Positions 20,036 to 30,159 of a DNA stretch of 64,000 bases are shown piece by piece. Both the position numbers and the translations under genes were made by a program. The DNA is taken from positions 195,105-259,104 of the forward strand of contig JBHLLG010000001.1 in assembly GCA_048885925.1 (NCBI GenBank), in the 5' to 3' direction. Each line of letters opens with the position of its first letter. Positions within the stretch are counted from its first letter, which is position 1. This stretch comes from Candidatus Hermodarchaeota archaeon. Its GTDB lineage: Archaea; Asgardarchaeota; Lokiarchaeia; Sigyniarchaeales; SOKP01. The notes under the pieces are model-generated. The model was not told the origin of the DNA and searched no databases. It was given only the letters and a program-made list of their open reading frames with translations.

Positions 20036-21784
20036 ATGTCTTCTCAAGAAGGAAATAGGAATAATCTATATAATTTTGACGATTTTTTATTCGTAAGAAA
20101 TCATTTCAATTATTATAAAGATGATAATTTTTTACAATGCCTTATTAAAAAATATGTACCTGAAGATGATTACGAAAAAATTGATAAAGAACTTCGTGCT
20201 CTATCGGATTATATTTCATTTAGATTTCGAATTCTTGCTGATGAAGCAAATGAACTTGAAAATAGGATAAAAGTCACAAAGGTTAAACATTTTGATGCTC
20301 ATAATCATCGAATTGATCGTATAGAACGATGCTTACAAACTGAAATATTAGAACGCGAAGTATTTAGTCTGGGTTTATTTGATCCAGCAAGAAATTCTCC
20401 ATGGAGTAGATTTATTAAAATGATTTTATTATATGAAAATGGAGAAGCGGGTGTAATGTGTCCTGTAGCTTGTACACATGGATTAGTTTGGTTAATGCAA
20501 AAATATGAAAAAGAGTTATCTCCCGAAGCTTATGAAATTTTAACTAAAGTGAGAGATGGAACAAATGGTGAATATTGTAGAGGTTCTCAATTTGTAAGTG
20601 AGATTCAAGGTGGTAGTGACGTTCCCGCTAATCTTGTAGAAGCTATTTATGAAGAAACTGAAGGTTCTGATGAATTCTCAAATAGCTGGCGATTATATGG
20701 ACAAAAATTTTTTTGTTCAGCTGCTCATACCGATTATGCACTAGTTACTGCTAAACCAAAGGGTACACCATCTTCAACAAGGGTGGCTGCTTTTGTTGTC
20801 CCTTCATGGCTACCAGGTAATAAAGAACGTGAAATAAGAAATTCCTATACAATAGATCGTCTTAAACCAAAATTAGGTACTGCAGAATTACCAACAGCAG
20901 AAATTACTTATAATGGATCGGTTGCATATCCTGTAGGTCCACTAAAAAAGGGACTTGCAGATGTTGTGGGTATTGTACTTACATTATCAAGATTACATGT
21001 TGCTTTTGGAATGGCTGCTGGGGCATTACGAGTAGCAAGAGAAGCAATATTATATTCTCAATTTAGAACTGCATTTGGTGTTCCTATCTCTTCATTTCCG
21101 ATGATGATTAATCAAATAAACGAATTGGATCATTTTGCAAAAAGAACAGCAGCAGGTGCATTTAAATTATATTCAGAGTTCATATATTTTGATGAAAAAC
21201 TTGTCAGTGGAATTAGAGATTTAGAAAAAATTGAGGATCTTGAAGAACGGAAACGTCGATTTAGATTACGTGAACTTATTATGCTTCAAAAAATTGTGGT
21301 TGCTGATGAAGCTCCAAAAATGATAAGACAAGCCATTTCATTTTTTGGAGGTCATGGAGTGATGGAAGATTTTCTTTCTTTACCACGCTTCCATCGTGAT
21401 TCTATGATTATGGAATTATGGGAAGGTCCAAGAAACGTACTCCTTACTCAAATTCATCGGGATTTAGCTAGAGTTAAGGATTGGTATTCAGCTTATGATT
21501 TCTGCAAAGATTTATTAACGGGGGGCGATGTTGATCTCATTGAAAATTATGCAACAGAGTTTTCTAGGATAATCTCGCATGATAGCCTTCTTAGAAATGA
21601 TGAAGAAACTTTAAAAATTTGTCGAGAATGGGAAGAATTTTCTAATAAACTTTATATTGCATTTCAAGAAATAGCTTTCAAAGAACTTAATTATGATGAT
21701 GAACCTTTGAAATTTAAAAAATTATTACGCAAATTTAAAAAACGGGAGTTTTCAGAAGAAAAAGTAGAAACGATTATTCAGTAA
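20036..21784 (+). CDS. acyl-CoA dehydrogenase, AidB-like
   Basis: 'CPVACT', 'SEIQGGSDV', 'LYGQKFFCSA', 'RLKPKLGT', 'GGHGVMED', 'WEGPRNV'. Confidence 0.88.
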   Translation: MSSQEGNRNNLYNFDDFLFVRNHFNYYKDDNFLQCLIKKYVPEDDYEKIDKELRALSDYISFRFRILADEANELENRIKVTKVKHFDAHNHRIDRIERCLQTEILEREVFSLGLFDPARNSPWSRFIKMILLYENGEAGVMCPVACTHGLVWLMQKYEKELSPEAYEILTKVRDGTNGEYCRGSQFVSEIQGGSDVPANLVEAIYEETEGSDEFSNSWRLYGQKFFCSAAHTDYALVTAKPKGTPSSTRVAAFVVPSWLPGNKEREIRNSYTIDRLKPKLGTAELPTAEITYNGSVAYPVGPLKKGLADVVGIVLTLSRLHVAFGMAAGALRVAREAILYSQFRTAFGVPISSFPMMINQINELDHFAKRTAAGAFKLYSEFIYFDEKLVSGIRDLEKIEDLEERKRRFRLRELIMLQKIVVADEAPKMIRQAISFFGGHGVMEDFLSLPRFHRDSMIMELWEGPRNVLLTQIHRDLARVKDWYSAYDFCKDLLTGGDVDLIENYATEFSRIISHDSLLRNDEETLKICREWEEFSNKLYIAFQEIAFKELNYDDEPLKFKKLLRKFKKREFSEEKVETIIQ

Positions 21785-21797
21785 ATATTTACTATAT

Positions 21798-22697
21798 TTA
21801 AAATAATTGATCAAATTCTTTAACTAATTCATTAAGGTAAAAACGTAGGTGTTTGTAGGGTCTTAAATCTCCTGAAAATTCTTCTCTAAAAGCAGAATCT
21901 AAAGACATCTTAGCTTTTAGTTGTTTAAAAACTTCCTTTATTTTATAGAAATTTCCAGTAGCAATAAAGTCAATTGAATATCCATAAATGGTACCAAATA
22001 AAATAATTTTTTTACTAGCATTATTTTCAGTATCACTAATATGAATTTCTTTGATTTTTGTTTTAGTGCGGATTTGGGTGTTCATAGAGATTGTTGCTAA
22101 CTTGGCAGAAAGATCTGAGCTAAAAAGTTCGATATTTTCAATAGTTTTTTCTCTTTCTAAGTTTTTCAAAAGATTTTGGTCAAATAATTGAGATATAATA
22201 GGCAAACCCTGAGCAGAAATGCCTGCATATAATATTGCATTTTCTCCATTTTTGATTATTTTCTCATAAATTATTTCTTCTTCTAATGATTCAAGATATT
22301 TGTCTTCTAAATATTCTACTATTAAATCAATAACTTGATGAAATGTAGGTTCTTCTGAAGTAAATTTCAGTCTGGCGAGATCTTTATATTGAGTATTGAC
22401 TTGTTTATAAAATTCGTTTAGCATATTAAAAACTTCTTGTGAACCTATACTAAAATTACCAATAGAACAAAAAAATAAATTTTGTCCCGCGCTTGTAACT
22501 ATATGTTCAACAACAATTCGCTCTTTTCTCTTTTTATAACTCTTTAAGCAAATCTTTTTCAAACGCCATGTATTTCTTGGATTTATAGAGCGTAATAGTT
22601 TTTCTACAAAAAGTACAATCTCAAATGCATTGAATTTTTTATCATTAGAACAATAAAGGATATCATTCTCTAGTATAATGCTAAAAGAAGAGATCAT
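21798..22697 (-). CDS. Asgard hypothetical protein, probable tandem longin-like domains
   Basis: Two halves each with a longin-like beta-beta-alpha-beta-beta-beta-alpha-alpha pattern; the second has 'AQGLPIIS' and terminal 'FSGDLRPY'. Confidence 0.5.
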   Translation of the reverse strand: MISSFSIILENDILYCSNDKKFNAFEIVLFVEKLLRSINPRNTWRLKKICLKSYKKRKERIVVEHIVTSAGQNLFFCSIGNFSIGSQEVFNMLNEFYKQVNTQYKDLARLKFTSEEPTFHQVIDLIVEYLEDKYLESLEEEIIYEKIIKNGENAILYAGISAQGLPIISQLFDQNLLKNLEREKTIENIELFSSDLSAKLATISMNTQIRTKTKIKEIHISDTENNASKKIILFGTIYGYSIDFIATGNFYKIKEVFKQLKAKMSLDSAFREEFSGDLRPYKHLRFYLNELVKEFDQLF

Positions 22698-22955
22698 AAA
22701 AAAACTCTAAAGAAAATAGCTATAATTTTATTGAGAAAATTGTTGAATATATTAATTTTTTTTGGTTTAATAAAATAAGGTTTAGTTTCTTTTAAATTGG
22801 GGATTTTTATTTAATTTTTATATCATTCATGTTAATGGGTAAATCTTTTTTCGATTTCTATTTATGAGAATAATAACTTATAGAACTATTACATACTTAT
22901 TTGCTATTCAATATATAAAAAATTCAATTTAATATTAAATGAATATGGAATGTAA

Positions 22956-24935
22956 ATGGATTTAAACGATATTGCTAATGTGGTATTATCCAATATTAAT
23001 GGAAAAAGAGCTTGGGAATGGATAGCTCGAATTTCGCAATTTAATCGAATTCAAGCTTCAAAAGGTTTTCATCAAGCAGCTGAACTTATAATGAAAGAAT
23101 TGGAATCATTAGGTTTTGAAGATATCGAATTATTCAAATTTCCTGCTGATGGAAAAACTAAAACATGGGGTAATACACATCCCTATCAATGGGAAATTAA
23201 AACTGGAGAATTATGGGTAATTGAACCTATTAAAGAAAAAATATGTGATTATAATGAAACACCACTATCTATTATGACTCATTCTAAACCATGTGATGTT
23301 ATAACTGAAATAATTGATATCGGAAAAGAAGTCAATATAGATGATTTAAAAAGAAAAGATGTTCAAGATAAACTAATTATGACTTCTGGGGCTATATATC
23401 TGTTTCGTGACATTCTCGAAGATTCTGGGGCCCGTGGTATCATATACTATCCTGAATTAGAACGTGCTGGGAAAGAGCTGGATAAAGTCATATATAATGG
23501 ATTATTTTTAACTCAAGAACGATTCAAAAAAGGATTATTTGGCTTTAGTATCAGTTACAGACAGGCTATGCGATTGAAAGAATTATTAACGAAGGGAAAG
23601 GTAAAAATTCATGCTAAAATTGAAGCAGAATTTTTAGAGGGAAATTTAGAAGTATTATCTACTTCAATTAAAGGTCTTAGTTGTCCTGATGAAGAAATTA
23701 TCCTTATTGCACACCTTTGCCATCCTATTGCTAGTGCTAATGATAATGCAAGTGGTTCAGCAGGTTTATTAGAACTTGCTAGAACTTTTATAAAATTAGT
23801 TAAGAATAAAATGATTCAACCTCCTAACCGTACATTAAGATTTCTTTGGGTGCCAGAAATTAATGGTACACTTCCTTGGATTAAGGAATATGAAGATTTA
23901 ATAAAAAAATCTGTATGTTGTATCAATTTAGATATGATAGGGGAACATCGAAATAAAATTGGGAACCCTTTAATGATTTATACTACACCATATTCAACCC
24001 CATCTATATTAAATGATATTATAACCTTCTTTACTAAATTAATTGCCGATCATCAGAAAGGTATTGCTATTGATGGATCTATCGCCCCATTAAGTTTTAG
24101 AATAAAAGCGTATGATGGGGGAAGCGATCATATGGTTTTTCTTGACTCATATTTAGGTATTCCTTCTGTAATGATAAATCATGATGATCCATATTATCAT
24201 TCTTCAATGGATACTATAGAGTTTTGTGATTCTTCAGAACTTAAACGAGTAATTGGTATAGCCGCATGCACTGCTTATATTTTTGCTAATATTGATAAAG
24301 ATTCAATAATTCCCATTTTACCATTGATACATGAAGGATTTTATAATCGTATTGGGAAAACGACTTACTTACTAGATAGTTTAGTTACAAAAGAACTTAC
24401 GAATGAACAAAAAGAGGATAAGATCCAAATTAATGAGAAAATTGCTTTATTATACGATTTAATCAAGGCAATTGCAGAATATGAAAATAAGATTATTAAT
24501 TCAATTTTAAACATTAATGTAAAGCTAGCTGAGAATCACTTTTTATTGAATTTAAAAGAAGAGATTAAAGATTGGTACAAAAATCAAGAACAGAGATATA
24601 CTAAACTTTTAGAATTTTATGGAATATCCCCCAATATATATGAACAAAGAAATTTACTTTATTCATCTAAATATATTAAAAATTATGAGGGAATACTTTT
24701 TTACAGAAAATTTATCTTTCTGCTTCATAATGTTAGGTTTAAAAAGTTTAGCGATCAACTTAAATACAACTTTTTAGGACCTATACACGAATTACTAAAT
24801 CTATTGAATAATGGATTTGATACATTGAGAATTAGTAGTTATTTGTCTCTTCAATATAATACTATTCTTTATCCTAGTGTAATTCAAGAACTAATTGATT
24901 TTCTAGTGGAGCAAGAAGTTATCAAGAAGATTTAA
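22956..24935 (+). CDS. M28-family Zn aminopeptidase-like protein (DUF4910 type)
   Basis: 'AHLCHP', 'ANDNASG', 'WVPEING', 'INLDMIG', 'GSDH', 'YYHSSMD'. Confidence 0.85.
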   Translation: MDLNDIANVVLSNINGKRAWEWIARISQFNRIQASKGFHQAAELIMKELESLGFEDIELFKFPADGKTKTWGNTHPYQWEIKTGELWVIEPIKEKICDYNETPLSIMTHSKPCDVITEIIDIGKEVNIDDLKRKDVQDKLIMTSGAIYLFRDILEDSGARGIIYYPELERAGKELDKVIYNGLFLTQERFKKGLFGFSISYRQAMRLKELLTKGKVKIHAKIEAEFLEGNLEVLSTSIKGLSCPDEEIILIAHLCHPIASANDNASGSAGLLELARTFIKLVKNKMIQPPNRTLRFLWVPEINGTLPWIKEYEDLIKKSVCCINLDMIGEHRNKIGNPLMIYTTPYSTPSILNDIITFFTKLIADHQKGIAIDGSIAPLSFRIKAYDGGSDHMVFLDSYLGIPSVMINHDDPYYHSSMDTIEFCDSSELKRVIGIAACTAYIFANIDKDSIIPILPLIHEGFYNRIGKTTYLLDSLVTKELTNEQKEDKIQINEKIALLYDLIKAIAEYENKIINSILNINVKLAENHFLLNLKEEIKDWYKNQEQRYTKLLEFYGISPNIYEQRNLLYSSKYIKNYEGILFYRKFIFLLHNVRFKKFSDQLKYNFLGPIHELLNLLNNGFDTLRISSYLSLQYNTILYPSVIQELIDFLVEQEVIKKI

Positions 24936-25086
24936 ATTTTAATTTAATATAGCAAAATTTAATTTTAATGGGTTGAGATCCTATTTTGAAAAATCTTTAC
25001 AAAAAGTCATTATTTATGAAACATTCAAATAAATTTTAAAAAAACTAAGATTATTAAAAACTTAAATAAAAATATTAAATTTAAAA

Positions 25087-25875
25087 ATGGATTCATTAGA
25101 AACAATAGATACGAAAAAAATTGAGAGGGCTGCTAGGTTACTACTTAATTCAAAATATGCAATAATATTAACTGGAGCAGGAATTTCAACAGAATCAGGA
25201 ATTCCAGATTTCAGAGGTAAAGATGGAATTTGGGAAAAATACAGACCAGAAATATATGGAAGTATTCAATCATTTTTAAAAGATCCATCCAAGTTTTGGA
25301 AAATGGCAGAAGAACTCGCACCAATGCTATTTAATGCAGAACCAAATCTAGGTCATTATGCTATTACCGAACTTGAAAATATGAATATTATTAAAGCAAT
25401 TATTACTCAAAATGTTGATGAATTACATCAAAAAGCAGGTTCGATCTTAGTATATGAAGTTCATGGTAATATAAATAGATTTACATGTTTAGGATGCCGA
25501 GCTAGCTATACTAAAGAGCAAATGTTACGAAAATTAAAGAAAGAAAAAGTACGTCCGCCAGTTTGTGATTATTGTGCTGCACCTTTGAAACCTTCTGTAG
25601 TTTTATTTGGAGAAAATTTACCTAATTTTGAAAAATATATGTCAATCGATCTAGCAAAAAAAGCAGATATTATGCTAATCGCCGGATCTTCTCTCGAAGT
25701 AGCACCAATTTGTAATTTACCATTATATACCTTAGGAGAAGGCGGAAAGTTAATTATTGTCAATGATGAGCCAACAGATCTAGATGAGAGAGCTGAAGTT
25801 GTTATTAACAATAAAATAGGAACTATTTTACCTTTAATAGTAGAAGAAGTCAAAAGAATTAAAGCTATGGGATAA
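25087..25875 (+). CDS. cobB: NAD-dependent protein deacylase (Sir2/CobB)
   Basis: 'TGAGISTESGIPDFRG', 'TQNVDELH', 'HG', two CxxC pairs, 'KPSVVLFGE', 'GSSL'. Confidence 0.95.
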   Translation: MDSLETIDTKKIERAARLLLNSKYAIILTGAGISTESGIPDFRGKDGIWEKYRPEIYGSIQSFLKDPSKFWKMAEELAPMLFNAEPNLGHYAITELENMNIIKAIITQNVDELHQKAGSILVYEVHGNINRFTCLGCRASYTKEQMLRKLKKEKVRPPVCDYCAAPLKPSVVLFGENLPNFEKYMSIDLAKKADIMLIAGSSLEVAPICNLPLYTLGEGGKLIIVNDEPTDLDERAEVVINNKIGTILPLIVEEVKRIKAMG

Positions 25876-25929
25876 TTTTAATCATAGATTTAAATATTTT
25901 TAATAAAGTATTATTTTAAGTCTAATTAA

Positions 25930-27519
25930 ATGATAACTGAGAATATTATTGTTAAAGATTGGAGAACTATTGATTTTTCCTTCGGATTAGTTTACCCTAA
26001 TATCTTTAAAATTGGGATGTCTTCATACTCGATTAAACTTCTCTATTTCTTAATAAATTCTTTTAAAAATATTGTTTGTGAACGCATTTTCTTACCTGAA
26101 AACATTAATCTAAAATTTCCCGCATCGAAAGATTATTCTTCAAAAACTCTTCTGCGTTCTATTGAAAACAAAATATTACCAAAAAACTTCGATATTTTAG
26201 GATTTTCAACACATTTCGAAAATGATTTTAAAAATATATTATGGATATTAGAAAAAGCAGAGATTCCATTGACTTTTCAAGAACGTCAGGAACTAATAAA
26301 TGAAAGTCAAGCTCAAGTGCCAATAGTAATAGCGGGGGGTCCTGTAATAACCTCAAATCCAATACCTTTAAGCAAATTTTTTGATATTATGTTTATAGGG
26401 GATTCAGAAAATAATTTAAAATCATTCTTTCAAATATTTCAGATTTATATAGAACAAAAAATGAATTTTAAGGAGTTTTTAGTAAAAGTAAGTGAAGTAG
26501 AAGGGATTTATGTTCCTGCACTAAAGAATAAAGTATCAAGAGCTATACTTAAAAATCTTGATGATTCACCCAATCCAATCCTTCAATTAATTTCAAAAGA
26601 ATCAAAAGAAAAAAAAGTTTTTGAAAGTAACTTTTTAGTAGAAATAAATAGAGGGTGTCCTTATCAGTGTAAATTCTGTATCTCATCTTTCCATAACTCT
26701 CCATTCAGAAATAGAAGTTTTGAAAGTATTAAAAAAGTAATAGAGGATGGAATAAAATTTTCTAATTTTAATACGATTAGTCTTATAGGATCCTGTGTAT
26801 CGTCTCATCCAAAATTTATTGAAATTTGTAAATTCATAAGAGATAGTGGAAAAAGATTAACCATTCCTTCAATTCGAATTGAGCATCTAACTCCAGAAGT
26901 TATACACTTATTAGAAAAAGCAAACATTAAGACGATTACTATTGCTCCAGAAGCGGGTTCAGAAGATTTAAGATTTGCACTTGGAAAAAAAATATCTAAT
27001 GAAAAAATATATTCCGTTTTAAAGCAAATTAGAGACTCTCAAATTAAAAATGTTAAATTTTACTTCTTAATAGGATTACCTAATGAAGAAGAGGAGAATA
27101 TTGACGATATTATTAACTTATTACAATCAATTGATAATTTAGGTTTTGAAAGAGGTTCATTACGGGTAAATATTAATCCTTTCGTTCCAAAACTTAATAC
27201 TCCTTATGAAAAAGAGGTATTCTTCTATTTAGAAGATAATTTGAAAGAACTAACCAAGAAATATCAAAAATTAGAAAAAGAACTAAAAAAATTAATATCA
27301 ATAAAAATAAAATTTAAAAATTTCAAATTTATTATAAAGAATTTTAGACTCCAAACAGTGATTTCCTTAGGAAATAAAAATATTTCAGATATTCTTTTAC
27401 ATTATTATTTTAATGGCGCTTCTTTTGGAGCTTTGCAAAAAGCTGAGAGAGAATTTGAATTCTATATGAATAAATATTTATTAAAGATTAAAGATTGCTA
27501 TAGCCCTTGGGTTATTTAA
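25930..27519 (+). CDS. B12-binding-domain radical SAM protein
   Basis: CxxxCxxC in 'RGCPYQCKFC'; 'GMSS', 'AGGP', 'TIAPEAGSE', 'FVPK..TP'. Confidence 0.85.
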   Translation: MITENIIVKDWRTIDFSFGLVYPNIFKIGMSSYSIKLLYFLINSFKNIVCERIFLPENINLKFPASKDYSSKTLLRSIENKILPKNFDILGFSTHFENDFKNILWILEKAEIPLTFQERQELINESQAQVPIVIAGGPVITSNPIPLSKFFDIMFIGDSENNLKSFFQIFQIYIEQKMNFKEFLVKVSEVEGIYVPALKNKVSRAILKNLDDSPNPILQLISKESKEKKVFESNFLVEINRGCPYQCKFCISSFHNSPFRNRSFESIKKVIEDGIKFSNFNTISLIGSCVSSHPKFIEICKFIRDSGKRLTIPSIRIEHLTPEVIHLLEKANIKTITIAPEAGSEDLRFALGKKISNEKIYSVLKQIRDSQIKNVKFYFLIGLPNEEEENIDDIINLLQSIDNLGFERGSLRVNINPFVPKLNTPYEKEVFFYLEDNLKELTKKYQKLEKELKKLISIKIKFKNFKFIIKNFRLQTVISLGNKNISDILLHYYFNGASFGALQKAEREFEFYMNKYLLKIKDCYSPWVI

Positions 27520-27533
27520 ATAGAATAAAAAAT

Positions 27534-28037
27534 TTAATCAATTTTTTTAAATACTTTTTTCACGGCTCCACAGACAGGACATTTTTCAGGAGGATCTCCT
27601 TCATGTGTGTATCCACATACAGGACAAATATAGATATCTTTTTTCTTTAAGTCTTTTCCATTCTCAATAGCTTCAAAAGCAACCTTATATAATTTATGGT
27701 GAACCTTCTCTACTTCGTTGGCATAATTAAATGATCTTTCTGCAACTTTATTCCCTTCTTTTTTAGCATTTTCAATAAACTCAGGATACATATTTGTAAA
27801 TTCATGATGCTCACCGTCTATTGCTTCCTGAATGTTTTCTTTTGTGGATTTTATCCCACCAAGAGCTCTAAGATGGTTATGAGCATGTACAGTTTCTGCA
27901 GCGGCTGCAGCTCTAAAAACTTTAGCTACTTGAGGAAATCCCTCATTTTCAGCCTTTTCAGCAAAAGCTAAATATTTACGATTTGCCTGCGATTCACCTG
28001 CAAAAGCCATCATTAGGTTTTCTTCTGTTTTTGACAT
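27534..28037 (-). CDS. rbr: rubrerythrin
   Basis: 'AFAGESQANRKY', 'ETVHA', 'EKVH', C-terminal rubredoxin 'CPVCG...CPVCG'. Confidence 0.95.
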   Translation of the reverse strand: MSKTEENLMMAFAGESQANRKYLAFAEKAENEGFPQVAKVFRAAAAAETVHAHNHLRALGGIKSTKENIQEAIDGEHHEFTNMYPEFIENAKKEGNKVAERSFNYANEVEKVHHKLYKVAFEAIENGKDLKKKDIYICPVCGYTHEGDPPEKCPVCGAVKKVFKKID

Positions 28038-28204
28038 AACATTTGCACATCTAATAAAATTTTATTAAAAGATCATATTTGGAAATTTTTTAACTTGTTT
28101 TTTATAATTCATAAATTAAACAGTAATATTGGAAGTTCTATGTATGAATTATGCTTTAAAAATGTAAATAATGAGTTTGAATTTAAAAATTAATTTATAT
28201 AATA

Positions 28205-29005
28205 CTAATTTGTAAGTATTTTAGTAATAGATTCAGATATTTGAGAAAAATAACATTCAGCTACTCCAACTTTTACGTAGTACTCAAAAACTAGAATTAT
28301 AAAGTACTTATTTTTAACATATTCAGAAAAGATAAATCTCTTATCTTTAAGAGTATAAAAAAGTTTTAATATAGAATTATTATAGATTTTAACTCGAAAC
28401 TCAACCTCTTTTAAGAAATTTTTCAATTCTAATTTATTGTATGAAGAATATATAACTTCTCCTCTGTCAGTTAAAACAATAATTCCATCAATATCGTCAA
28501 TTATCGTAATTCCTTTTACATATTCAATTATTTTTGCTTCTAAATCTAAATCGAACTCAGTACTAAGCACATCATCTATTATATTTTCGATGATGTCATT
28601 AAATTCTCCATCATATACTATTTTATCGTCAATGTTAATTCTTTTTTTTATTATATAACCCATAATTCGCTTATTGACTTTTGAAATAATTTCCTCAAGA
28701 AACATTTCATTTTCAATAGTATCACATAAAATGTTATAATTTATGGAACCTTTTTCAAAAATTACAAATTTTACATCTCCCATTTCTATTGTTTTAAACT
28801 TTTTTCCAATCATTTCCTTAGAAAATGACATTAAAGCAGTAATAAAGGGAGAAACTAGGTTTTTCTCTGCTTTAAAATAATCTGTGAAACTTTTACCATA
28901 AAAGCAGATACCTGCTTTATTATAAATAAATAGATTATGAATATTAATATTTTTATAAAAACGCTTGATAATTGAAGGTGTTGGCATTTGATTTTGTATA
29001 CCCAT
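28205..29005 (-). CDS. longin-like plus roadblock/LC7-like fusion protein
   Basis: N-half 'LFIYNKAGICFY...LVSPFITALMSFSKEM' is the Asgard longin pattern; C-half 'IDGIIVLTDRGEVIYS' is the roadblock/profilin-like pattern. Confidence 0.65.
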   Translation of the reverse strand: MGIQNQMPTPSIIKRFYKNINIHNLFIYNKAGICFYGKSFTDYFKAEKNLVSPFITALMSFSKEMIGKKFKTIEMGDVKFVIFEKGSINYNILCDTIENEMFLEEIISKVNKRIMGYIIKKRINIDDKIVYDGEFNDIIENIIDDVLSTEFDLDLEAKIIEYVKGITIIDDIDGIIVLTDRGEVIYSSYNKLELKNFLKEVEFRVKIYNNSILKLFYTLKDKRFIFSEYVKNKYFIILVFEYYVKVGVAECYFSQISESITKILTN

Positions 29006-29061
29006 GATAAAATATTAAAAACGAACTATAAAAAGCACAAACTTTTCAATCTTCAACTAAA

Positions 29062-30081
29062 TTAAAACTTAGTATCGTTTATTTCATCAATCCATGAATG
29101 AACTCCCTTGAAATCTATTTTTATAGGTAGAATTTGGATTCCTTCCTTTATTAACTCCTGTTCAATTTCATTTTTAGACCCTTTAGCTGCTAGAATTGTT
29201 GCTGAACCACCACCCCCAGCACCATTTAATTTGAATCCAATTGCTCCATTTTTTCTTGCAATGTATTCAGTTTTTTTTATTAGTGAATTGGTCATCAAAG
29301 GATGTAATTTTTGTTGTGCTTCCCAATTTTTGTTTATGATATTACCTATTAATTCAAGATCTCCTGAATAAATAGCACTTTTCATCTCATAAGCATAATT
29401 CCTAATGGCTTTAAATGAATTAATAGTAAATTCATCACCTTTTTGATAATTTCTAATAACTGCTTTATGCATCTCATCCGAGCTTCTTGAACTTAAATAA
29501 ACCAAAATCAATTGTTTTTCAAGTTGATGAATTTTATCATTATCAAGTTTTATTGGAGTAATTTTCACAAGGGGATAATTAATCTCCATAAAATTAATAC
29601 CACCAAAAGCAGCAGCATATTGGTCTTGAACGCCACTTTCTATTTTTAATTCTTCTACCTCAAGTTTATGAGCTAATTGCGCAATCTGCTCTGGTTTTAG
29701 ATCCTTATGGGAAAAAAGAGACAATGCGCTAATTAAAGCAACTGCAACACTTGCACTTGTTCCAGTTCCGCAACCAGGGGGTGCCTCTGCCTTGATATTT
29801 ACATCAATACCACTTTTAATATTCATTCGTTTTACTGCAGCTTTCAATAAATCAAGAGTTCCATCATATTCAATTTTATTAAAATCGAGAATCATAGTTT
29901 GTAAATTTAAATTCTCTGAAACAATATTGATTATATTTTTATTATTTCGTATAAGCCGAACACTACTATAAAGATCAACACTAATATTAAAAACAGCACC
30001 TTTTGGATAAAACCAAGTGTCAGTCCATCCTCCAATATCACATATTCGAATAGGTGCTCTTGAAATTATGACATTACTCAA
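29062..30081 (-). CDS. GHMP sugar kinase (HddA/fucokinase-like)
   Basis: 'RAPIRICDIGGWTD', 'PPGCGTGTS', 'GVQDQY', 'KLNGAGGGG'. Confidence 0.85.
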   Translation of the reverse strand: MSNVIISRAPIRICDIGGWTDTWFYPKGAVFNISVDLYSSVRLIRNNKNIINIVSENLNLQTMILDFNKIEYDGTLDLLKAAVKRMNIKSGIDVNIKAEAPPGCGTGTSASVAVALISALSLFSHKDLKPEQIAQLAHKLEVEELKIESGVQDQYAAAFGGINFMEINYPLVKITPIKLDNDKIHQLEKQLILVYLSSRSSDEMHKAVIRNYQKGDEFTINSFKAIRNYAYEMKSAIYSGDLELIGNIINKNWEAQQKLHPLMTNSLIKKTEYIARKNGAIGFKLNGAGGGGSATILAAKGSKNEIEQELIKEGIQILPIKIDFKGVHSWIDEINDTKF

Positions 30082-30159
30082 TAAAAATCACGATTGATGT
30101 AATATCTATAAAAATATTTTTTTAATTATAATTTATCATAATGATAAGAATTTATTGAT

